Shown here: one piece after another, positions 25,401 through 37,400 of the stretch
Position numbering within the stretch: position 1 is the stretch's first letter
Layout of the letters: the number at the start of each line of letters is the position of its first letter
Origin: Camelus ferus
Taxonomy: Eukaryota
Direction of reading: 5' to 3'
DNA: 64,000 nt
Assembly (NCBI RefSeq): GCF_009834535.1
Contig: NC_045696.1
Location: 24,864,001-24,928,000, forward strand
Notes under the pieces: model-generated
What the model was told of the DNA's origin: nothing
Database searches by the model: none
The model's input: only the letters and a program-made list of their open reading frames with translations
Position numbers and translations under genes: made by a program

Positions 25401-28400
25401 GATTCAGAATATTTCATGGATAAAGTTAGTAGGCATATAGCCTAGATTAGCTGTAGGGGTTAAAAGAGAAGATGATTTCAAGAGTGAAGCCTAGTTGTGT
25501 GGCTTGGTCAGTAAGTGGTGGTGCATTTTAAATGAAAAGGAAATTCTAAGCTTTAAGTTTTTTTGGTGAGAGGTGGGTATTGGGAAAGATGTCATTAAGT
25601 TTGAGCATACTGAGCTTTAGGCATTCTTGAAATACCCAAGTAGACATGGTGAATATCAGTGTATATATGTGTCTGGATTTCAGCAGACTGGGCTCAGCTG
25701 GAGGCAGAGACTTGATGGTCAGAAGCAAAACAGTTGGTATTTGGAACCAATGGATTAGATGTGAATTTGTAGGGGAAGACCACACTTTTCCTTCTGAATA
25801 TGTTGACTTTGAAGTGTCTCTGAGAAATCTAGATAAGATCTTGTACAGAAATTAGAGATATGACCAATGACATGATATTCTGTGAGAGAGGAGGTAGTGA
25901 TTCTGCCAGGAGGGAGCAGGGGTGGGTTTTGAGGGGGGTGATAACAATCTTTTTTGGGCCTAGCTGCTGTCAAGAATCAAAAGGAGAAGAGAACAGGGAC
26001 AAATATAAGATGGCACAAGTGCTGGGTGTCTCCCTGGTTGCTTTTCAGCTATTCTATGTGTGACTGTTACCTTTGTGCAATAAGTCATTGTTACCTCAAA
26101 GGACAAAATTATTTCAGCAGATTTTTTAAAAATTTCCTTTCCTCTTCCTTTCCTTTCCCTTCCTTCCATTCTCTTTTCTCTTCTGTCCTTCCTTCTTGTC
26201 CCCCACTTTCCCTCCCATCCTTCCTCCTTCCCTTTCTTTTCTCCTCCTTTTCCTTATCATCTTTCTTCACCTACTTATTTTCCTTTGTTGTTTCCTTTGG
26301 AGTCAAGCAGACCCATGATGTGATGAAGTGCACAGAACAACAAAAGGTTATTAGTTGAGGACCCAGTCTATTCAAAGAATGGTGATAGTTGTTCAGGGGT
26401 CTAAAAAAAGAGGCAAAATATGACTTCACTAATCTTACACAAATATACAGTCTACACACCTCGTTGGAAAGACAAGATGTCCCACTTTTTTCCAAAAAAG
26501 TTTTCCCAAAATATTTGAGTGTGGATATACATATATTATCACTATTATTTTGTTTTAAACTACTGTTTAAATTATTTTAATAAATACTTTAACAAATACT
26601 TTATTGTTGGCCTTTTTTCTATAATATTGGTCTATCTTGCATTGATAAGATTATATTGATTTTAAAGTTGTATTATACTTCAAATTACAAATAAGCTTAG
26701 TATATCAAATTTTCTGTTTAGGAAGAACAAGTCATTTTATAAACTTCAGGAATTCAAGATTCTTGCTCAATTTTTAAATGATGTTGTAAATATTTCAAGC
26801 ATTGGTTTGACTTATTTTCAAAGCTCAAATCAGCAATGTTCCACATGCAAATACACTATTCAGCGTCTCATGTTAACATCACTGACACATCCAGAAAGGT
26901 AAGAAAACTAAATTTTTATTTTGATGTTATCTTCTAAACTTGAAAATATTGCTTTGCTAAGGAATGTTTTAAAAGTTCATATACTTAAATATCTGTTCAT
27001 GGTGTATTTTAGATTATATTTTACATAAATACTAGAATATCTAAAAGGTATAAATTTTCTTTTGGCTTAGATGAAATTTATTTTGGAATCACATTACCCA
27101 AGCAAAGAAAAAAAGTGTACAATCATTTCCTGATGCACAATAAAAATGAAAAAAGATAAATGTCTGCCTTAGAACCTTATCAATCATTTCAATGCGTTTG
27201 TGGATTGCTCGAAATCTCTCTTTGATTGACTGCAACACTTCCTCTTTACTTCTCTTGATATTCCTGTATTTATATATTTGATTTCCCAATTACTTTTCTG
27301 TGAATGTTGAACATATGTAAATGAGAATTTTTGGAGAATAAAAATAATAAAAATAGTAAATGATAAGAATATGCATTTAGATAAGGTCTACATCACCAGA
27401 GGAGAGCTGGGAAGATTCTTTGAAGTAAAAGTTATTTGCTAAATTTTTGATATGAATATATTTAGTCATTTAAAAGTCAATGAGTAAATTGTCATTATAA
27501 TGGGAAAAATAAACAGGCAATTTTACTATCTCTTGCCTTTGACTGTAACACTTACAAAAATGACAAAATACATGGACATTTTCAGTTAGGAATACCAGCA
27601 ACACCCTTTCCTGCCAAAGTATATCAGACAGAGGAAGAGAAAGGTTGGGGAGGGGTCATGTTTGAAGGATTAGAACTGCAGGATTATTATTAATCTACAA
27701 CTTATTTCTGTATCTATTATCTGAATAATGCAAAATCTTAACTATAAGAATGGAAACTATATTTGCAGTCCCCCAAAGCTAGATTTTAAAGAGGTCAAGA
27801 TTGTTGCACCATCAGATTTCTCTAGTCTCCTCCATTAATACCTCTCTGAGCATCAGGATGGTAGATATGAATAAAGACATCTAGTTGTAGTTTTATATCC
27901 TGTTTCTGGCATTTAAATGTAAAGGATTTATACTGTCCTGAAATAAAGGCTTCTTCCTATCTATCATATGGAAAGAGAAAGAAAAGAGTTTCCTCCTCAG
28001 TCTAGAAGAAACGTATGTTGTAAGTCTTGGCCAGACACCAGATACTTAACCAGACTCTTTGTGCATAAAACAGTACATAAGCTCACTATGAGAAAGAGAA
28101 ATTTAGTTCCATACATATGGACAGTAAAAGGAACCAAGGATGATGTCTATATGGGCAAATGCCAGAGCTAGATATTCATGTCTCATTGTTCAAGCAGAGG
28201 TGAACAGGAAAACAACAACAACAAAATGGTGCCTAATTTAGCATCAGCAACATAAGAAAAAAGGCTCCAACAATCAATTAGATTTAGAAATAAGGCTGGC
28301 TTTTAAAAAGATTTATTACAGGAAATAGAAGGAAATCACACAAAGCTTTGGTTGGTTTTCTCAATAATATGTAAGAAAGAAGTTATCCATGAAGGAATAC

Positions 28401-31400
28401 ATGAAGAGCAAGGTGATGAAACAAGTAACTGTGGTTAAATTTAAGGGAAACTGACAGAGTTAAGAAACTAAAGTCAACATGAAATTTAAATCAACATTAT
28501 AAAAAAAAAGAAAGAGTAGAATTGATCAATAATGTAGAAAATTCACTTTTAATAACCTACAGAATAAGGTAGTATAAATAATAGAGGAGATTGGGGAATT
28601 CTGGGGAAATGATCAAAATACAAAAAATGTAATTTCTTAGGTGTTGCTGAAGAGGTGACACAACAGAATTACAGATATGATGAAAGAAAACTCTCCTCAA
28701 CTGAAAATTAGATACAGATTTCATATTGATAGAATGAACTAGAACCAGCAAACTAAAAGAGACCAAAATTTAGACCCACTTATATATATTATTTTTAAAA
28801 TTCAGTGATAAGGATGGAATTCTGCAATTATTGAAATAAATCTTCATGGAATGGAAGATCTACTGTTGTAGCAATGGCAATTCTTATTAAACACACTTAC
28901 AAGTTTAACATGATTCCAATCAAAATCTAAATAAGAGATGAATAGCTCTTCCTAATTAACTTAGAATAACAAATTATTGATGTGAGCCAAGAAAATTTGA
29001 ATAATGAGAGTAATATTTATAACTTTAACTGTGAAACAGTAAAGCAAATTCCAAAGCAGCAATAATTTTAATAGTATAATATTGGAAGAAGAATATAGAT
29101 ATATTTAAGGGAGTAAAAAGAAAACTCTAAAACATAATTCTGTAGATGATGTGAGTAACCTTTCAAATAATGACACAAGAATAAATGATTGACAACTGAA
29201 ACAGAGTTTGATACCTTAATTATGACATATACGAAATTAGTTATAGATATTATAATATATTAAATGTAAAATGGTAAACAGAAAACACAGGCAATTATTT
29301 ATGTTTGCAAAATAATGAAAGGCAAGATGAAAAACAAATGGAAAATGTTAATCAATTTGCCTCTATGCAAATTAAAAAAATAAAATCCGTGTGTCACAAA
29401 CATTATTAACAAAAATAAAATAAGAAAACTTTTGATATATATGAGATATAGAATGGCTTTAAATTTATTATATATTAATATTTCTTACAAAATATAAAGA
29501 TAAAATCTAGCTGAAACATGGAGAAACATCTTTGTACTTGCTTAAGCCAGAAGACCTGGGTTCATCATAGACTAGTCTTTTTCTCACACACTCCCCATCC
29601 AATCATAGGAACTTTTGCCCTACCTTCTAAACATACATGGAATTTAACTACAGTCTTAATAAAAGCCAAAGTCTTCATAATGGTTCATGCAATCCCACTT
29701 GACTTGGGATGGGATCAAATTAATCCAACGTTTATAGATTGAGAGTGGGGTAAAGAACGATGAGGGTAATATTATCCGAAAGGGGATAGATGCTTGGTGG
29801 CAAACATAACAGGCCATTACAAAGAGACTAAAAATATTTTGAAAAGTCAGGCAAAACATTAATTAGACATAGATTGTCTGGATTGTAATATATTCTACTG
29901 AAGTTAAATATTTATTTAACTAAAAAAATATTCAATATAACTCTAACCTGCTGATGCAATTAATGGTGAATGACAGCAATAAATGAATGTCTAAGCTGGA
30001 ACACTCAAATTCAGATCTTTCAAGATCTGGATACTTAAAATTATTTGCAAGTAAGTTAGGTTTTTTTTAATAGTTGTGTTTGTTGTTCTACGGCTGTAAT
30101 GTAGTATTTTGTCTGATAAGACAATATGAGGTGGAACATAAAGGTAACTTCTTAAATAATTTACTCCAATATCATGGACACATTGTGCATAAATTTAGAC
30201 ATTTGTCCTTTTTCAAATAAACTTTAAATCTATTTTGTAGCTTTGGCCTCTATGCCTTACTTACTTCATATTAAAAAATTGCATTTAGTATTGCATTTCA
30301 TTAAATAATTTCAAGATTTTTTTGAAAATATTATACATGAAACTTAGATTTAATGAGGGTAAGTATTTGCTTAAGAATAGCCGAAGAATCATCTTCAGTT
30401 TAGAAAGCTACCTCAGAAAACCAATTTACAGTATACTATTTGTGCCGAAGTCTTTAACATTTCACTTTTCTCTTTTAAACTGCCTGGTTAAAAGTCCAAG
30501 GGTGGTTTGCTCAAGCAACAGACTGACCAAGCCAATAATTATATGAGACTCACTGGTCTGTTTTGCTCAAATGATCAGTAAAATGCTTTATTCCCAATAA
30601 TTCTGTGAAACTATGTCTCATTCTCCAACCGTATAAACACTCCCACCTTATTGTAAAAATTTCATTCCTTAATACTTTATAAACTTCTTATCCAACTCTT
30701 TACTCACTTCTACTATACTTCTCACTAAAATGCAGTGATGGAATCCTCACCTGTCAGAGTTGTTGGGGATATTGAAAGACTCTGAACAGAGTTAAGAACT
30801 TTAGAAAAAGAAACCTGCATTGATTGCAAATTTATCTCATTAAGTGGAATTTATCTTCTGAGTTATTTGCCCTAAACTCAATTTAACCTTCTTTAGGGAA
30901 CCAGCATGTAAGAAAGGGGAATTTTAGTTTTTTTCCAAGGTGCATGTTTTGGATGATATACATGATTTAAAGGGAATTTAATTATCTACCAAGGATTAAT
31001 GACTGAAGATTTAGGTAATAAAGGGATATTCCAGATAAATTTGTTTTTGTTTTTGTTTTTGTCTTAATATTAGTGAACTACTTACAAGATTAATAATAAT
31101 GGTTAAATTTATTTAGCATGTACTACATCCCAAATACTATTTTTACAATCGTTGCAATAACTCTATGAGTTAAGTATTTTCTTTGTTTTAATAATAAGGG
31201 AACAGAAACTCAGATTTCTCATCTGAGAAGTGTCTTTGCAATGACTTGAAGCCAAACTTTTGTTTTTTAAAATTTTGTTGTCATTTTCTTCTGTTTTTAG
31301 TTGCTGTTATTTTTACAGGAATAAACATTTTTATAAATTAATATAGTCATTTATTCCCATTGTGGGACACTTGAAAAATTTTATATGCAATCCTACAATT

Positions 31401-34400
31401 AAAAGATAACACTGTTAATATTTTCTCATATTTACTCATAATCACACATGCTACTGTTGAATCATGAATTTAATTATTTACATTAAATTATAAACAAGCT
31501 TTTTGTGTAGAATCATGCAGCTTATTCACCACAGTAAAAGGTTCAAGAGACACTGTTCACATGGACAATAATGTGAACACACTGGACTTGGAGCCATGCA
31601 ACATCATGGACCTGGTTATAAGCAATTTTTTTCTAAGTTAATGGCTGCCAATATATTCCATCTTTTGTAGAATATTCAACTTAGTATTTCCTTTATTGTT
31701 GAGCACTTTGTTTTTCCCCAGTGTTGCTTGTCATAAACACTATCTATGCATAGACAATTATCTGCACTTTAAACAAATTCCTTGTTTTATTCATTGAACA
31801 AACATTTTCAAATCATCTGCCTCACCACATGATGTTTACACCTTGACAAGGAATGTTGGTGAGCCTACAGACAGTCATAGCTTTCTCTATTTATTTCTCC
31901 TTTTCAAGTCACTTATTATAAGGAGAAAGGAAAGATTAAAAACAGACATGTGCCCACTATTATATTTGACTCACTGTCTTCTTAATCATGCTTTACATGG
32001 ACAGATGTTGTATACAACTATTCATTGGCTAATTGGAAATAGGTTAAAGTCATTGGGATATGCTACAGAGCAAAACGTAAGCATGCATGTAATTTTAATT
32101 TTCATGTAAGATCTACACAATGGTTGGACTATGAAAGTTTACTAAATTTACAAAATTTAGATGCAGTTATTTCTACTCAGGGTGAAAAACTAAAATACAT
32201 TTTGTGGGTGGTTAGCAAGACTCTTAACATTTCCTGCTGGCTGGGGATGCTAACAGATGCTTGGTTGAAATATATGCTTTAAGTTTAATTACCTAGATAA
32301 TTGCTGTAACTATTTAGTTGCTTTTCCTATTTAGATCTGTCCATACAGATAATGTGCAATTAATGAGAATTAGCCCTGCCAAATTATTATGAATGTGAGT
32401 TATAAAAATGTGATGCCTTATGGTACAGATTAAACTGTGTAGCTACGCAATCAGTAATTATCTGTCTATAACAAACTGTGATGGAGTCTACACAAACAGT
32501 ATAGTTCTGAACATTTCCAGTGGCCTTCAAACTTAGGGCCAAGAGGAATATTCATGGTAGAGGTACCTGGATGACTTCCTGGGAAAATCTGGACTAAAAA
32601 CTACTTTTTACTTCTTTACTTAACAGTAAAATGTACTTTTTATATTTTATAAAAAGTATACAGTTCTATGAGTTTTAATAAATACATCAAGTCATGTAAC
32701 CACCACCATAATTAAGATATGGAACATTTCCATCAATCACAAAAACTACCATGTGCTGCCACTTTATTTTCAACCCAGGTCCCCACTCCCACTCCTGGCA
32801 ACCTCTACACCTACCTTTGCCTTTTCCAGAACATTATATAAATGGAATCATATAGCATGTTGCCTTTTAAGCATGGCTTCTTTCACTTAGCTTCATACAT
32901 TTAAAATTCATCCATGTTTTTACTTATATCAGTGGAATGTTATTGATGAATGGTATTTCATTGTATGGATGTACCACAGTTCCTTTATTCATTCACCAGT
33001 TGGAGGAAATGTAATTTGTTCATAGTTTTTGACATCTGTCCATGACTAAAGCCAACCTAAATATTTGCCTGCAGGCTTTTATGTGAACATGCATTTTCAT
33101 TTCTCTTGGATAAATACCTAGAAGAGAGAATGCTGGGTCATATTGTATGTTTAACTTTATAAGAAACTGCCAAACTGTTTTCCAAAGTGACTGTATATTT
33201 TGCATTCCCACTAGTACTTACAGTGTTCCATTGCTCTCCTGCACCAAAAACTGCAACTTCACCAGTTTTATTGTTGTTTTTTAATTTTGCTATTCTAATA
33301 GTTGTGGAGAGGTAGTTCACTGTGCTTTTAATTTGCATTTCTCAAATGACAAATGATGTTGATGACCTCTGACATTTAACTGACAGTATTTAAATCTTTA
33401 AATTTAATGTAATTATAGATATGGTTGGGTTTCAATCTGTCATCTTTCTATTTCATTTTCTATTTGCCCTGTCTGTACTTTGTTCATATTTTTCTCATTG
33501 CCTTCTTTTTTTTAGGTGTTAGAGTAATCTTTTAATTTTAGTTTTTAATTGAATGAAAGATTCTTTAAATTCTATAGTGCTTTATAATTTTCAAAAATGT
33601 CATACACATGATTTATATAATCCCATAATAACCCTTTTCTTCCCTTACTCCTACATTGTCCCTTCCCCTTCCCTTCTCGCTACTGGTAACCACTAGTTTG
33701 TTTTCTGTATCTGTGAGTCTGCTTCTTTTTTTTTATTCACTAGTTTGTAGTTTGTTTGTTTTTTTAAGATTCTGCATATAAGTAATATCATACAGGATTG
33801 GTCTTTCTCTGCCTGACTTATTTCACTCAGCATAATTCCCTCCAAGTCCATCCATATTGCTGTAAATGGCTAATTTTCATCCTTTTTTTGGCTGAGTAGT
33901 ATTCCATTCAATATATATATCTCTATATATCTCACCTCTTCTTTATCCATTAATCTATTGATGGACACTTAGGTTGCCTCCATACCTTGGCAACTGTAAA
34001 TAATGCTGCTATGAACATTAGAGTGCATGTATCTTTTCCAATTAATGTTTTTTTTTCCCAGATATATACCCAGGATTGGAATTGCTCAGTCATTTGGTAG
34101 TTCTATTTTTAGTTGTATGCCTTATTTTGAATAAATTGATGAGTCTTATGATTCCATTTGATCTCTTTTGTGGGTTTATTATTTATAACTATTTGATTAT
34201 TTTAGTGGTTCCTTTGGGGTTTATATTATAATCTTTATTTTATTATAGTCTACGTTCGAGTGAATTTTACCACTTCATATGTAACATGAGAACCTTAACA
34301 GTCGTATAATCCCATTTCTCTTTTGTGCTTTTGTTGGCATACATTTTACTTGTACATATGCTAAAAACTCTATAATAGTGTGTAATTTTAATTTAAAGAG

Positions 34401-37400
34401 ATACAAGTCTATTAAAGACATAAATAATTAGGAAAAGTCTTATGTTTATCAACATAATTACCATTTCCAGTGTACTTTCTAACCCTTATGTAGATGTGTA
34501 TTTTCATCTATAATTGTAATGGTATAATAGTATAATTTACCTTATGACTAAAGGAGTTCCTTTAAGATTTTTCTGTAGTGTGGGTATGATGGTTGTGAAT
34601 TCTTTCAACTTTTGTGTGTGTCTGAAAATGTCTTCATGATGTCTTTATTTTGAAAGATAATTTTTCTGGGTAAAAAACTTCTAGTTTGACTTTTGTTTTC
34701 TTACTTTCAGTACTTTAAAGATGTTGCTGTACTGTCTTATATCATGCACTGATCTTAATAATAAATCTATTACTATTCTACCTTTGTTCCTATGAAGGAA
34801 ATAAGCCTCTTTTCTCTGGTTTTAAGATTTTCTCCTTATCACTGATTTTAAGCAGTTTGATTATGATGTGACTTGAAAATTTTTTCATACTTCTTGTGTT
34901 TAGTGTCTGTTGGCCTTCTTGAACTTATGGGTTTATAGATTTTATCAAATTTTATCTAAATTTTTAACTTTTTTTGAAATATTTTTTTCTGTGTCCCTTC
35001 TCTCTCCTTTCCCTTTGAGGACTCTAATTTCAAGTTAATTAGGCTGCTTGAAGTAGTCACACAGTTCACTGATGCTCTGTGATTTTAAATTTCATTTTCT
35101 CCCTGAATTTTGTTCTGAATGTTTTCTGTTGCTATGTCTTCAAGTTCACTATTCTTTTCTTCTGTAATGTCTAAGCTGATATTTACCCTATCCATGGTAT
35201 TTTTCATCTCAGATACTGTAGTTTTTACCTCTGGAAGTTTGATTTGAATCGTTTAATATCTCTCATTGATTTACCCTCATAAGGATCTATTTCCCTGCTT
35301 CTTTGCAATCTTGGAAATTCTTGATTAGATGACAGACGTGTACTTTATCACACTGGGAACCCATACTTCTGTATTTTTATAAATATTCTTCAGGTTTATT
35401 CTCAAGATTCTATTAAGTTACTTATAAACAGGTTGATTCTTTCAGCTCTAGCTTTCAAGGTTTTTTAGGCAGGTCTGGAGTAGTGCTAGGATTAGAGTTA
35501 ATTACTCCCATTACTGAGGCAAGACCATTCCATGAGTTTTACCCAATGACCTGTGAATTATTGGTTTTTCGAATCTGGTAGACGGGATAGGCACCTTTGT
35601 CAGTGGTGGGAACCTTATTCTAAATAACTTTTTAAAGAATACTAGATGCATAGATGTGGTGATATGTTGTACAAAAGACCTAAGGAGCTTTTTCAAATAA
35701 AGAAGGATATATATATATATCTTGTAATTTTGTAAGATGTATACGAATTAAAATTAAAAACTAATTGTATCTGAATTTTAGAGTGCTTTTTAATCCTTGG
35801 ATTTCTTTTATTATTTTTATTAAAGTTTGTACTTCATCAGTGTTCTGTGTTCATGTCTGCTAATTTGAGGTAAACAAAGAATTAGAAATATAATATTCAG
35901 TGTTCTTTTTTAAAATTAAAAAAATATTCTTTTTCTATGATAGTTCAACATATATCACACATTTTTCTAAATTGTAGAGTTTAACTTTATCTTGGGGAGA
36001 AGGAACTATTAATAAAATAGAATAATTGATCTCAAACTTAGAGTCCTGGTAATAGAATTAGATAGGCTTTTCACACTGTAAAAACAAAGAAAATAAACTT
36101 TTCTCATAGTTTTGATAAAATTTAACTTTGTTAGGTGTAATGAACCCACCTAAACTGTTTTGTAATGACTGCAGAAGCTTTGTAAAATGTGGAATATTTA
36201 TAAAAAATATGCATTTACTATTTTGAACGTATTTCAATAGTAACAGGGTTGTGAGCTTTTATTTTATTGTGGAAAAGAAATAAAAACACACTTGCCTTAA
36301 TAATGTGTTATAAATGTGTGAACAGGACTGTTACTTAATGACTGAAGTAATATATGAATAAGCCTAATGACACCCTTGTCCTACCATGACAAGTTAAAAG
36401 TGTGGTGGATCAGGGAGATCCGGCATTGAAGGCATATTCAGTGGATAAGGGCTGCAGCAGGCTAGATAAAAAGTGGACAGAAGTATATACACATTTCTTA
36501 GGGGAAGTGGTAAAATCATCCTTCCACTTGTTTCTTAATAATGGAGAAAGAATTATGTCTGATTTTTTAATTACATTCTAATCTCTGATGATTTAACAAA
36601 AAGCTACTTTTGCTAATATCTAAAAATCTTACAACACTAAGGTAATGTCATTTCACATTTATTTTTATAGTATTAAACTTAAAATTCTAAGATGCCTGTA
36701 TTATTTCAAATGGAAAATACTGTAGTCTCCTGTATCAGCTTTTATAATTAAAGATGAAAATGTCTATATTTTTACTTTCCAACCCATTAGCAGACATAGG
36801 AAATTGATTTATTTAAAAATGGAATAGTTTAACCTAACAATACTGTTGAATACTTTAAAAACGTGTTCCAAGATGTCTTAATCATGCTAGAAGGAGATGG
36901 GGAGCAATGCATCTCGTGATCTAGAGCAGGGCATGTGTAAGACAAGGGTGATCTAACAGCACCTGTGCAGTTGAATTACCCTTCTTCCTTGACTAAGCTA
37001 GTATGACTGATACCAGGAAATTTCTATTTATTACTACCATTTTTTTCTTTAGCGCCATTCCTGAACTTTGACCAATCTTTGCTTTTTCTATTTGATTACT
37101 TTTTTGAAGACTTTCAAGACATTAACAGGAAGATAAATTATTAGACAAGATATCTGATTCACCACAGTGACTTGACTTCTCAGAAATCTTTAAATACTAA
37201 ATATACCATCTCTCCAAGATGTAGAATACTTTAAACATTAGTATTTCCATTTTTAGCGGTGGCAAAGGATAGATTAAATAATTTCACAAAGTTTGTCTGT
37301 GTGGTTCAGCCTAACTCTTTCTTGGTGGATATCACCTTAGAAGAAGTAGGTTGGCCACTAAGAGCTGAATTTAGTTTTCAGTTATTTCAGCATCCCAAAA

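Noticed and set aside
25954..26358. 134-aa hydrophobic ORF
   Set aside because: It stays open only because the polypyrimidine tract lacks stop codons.
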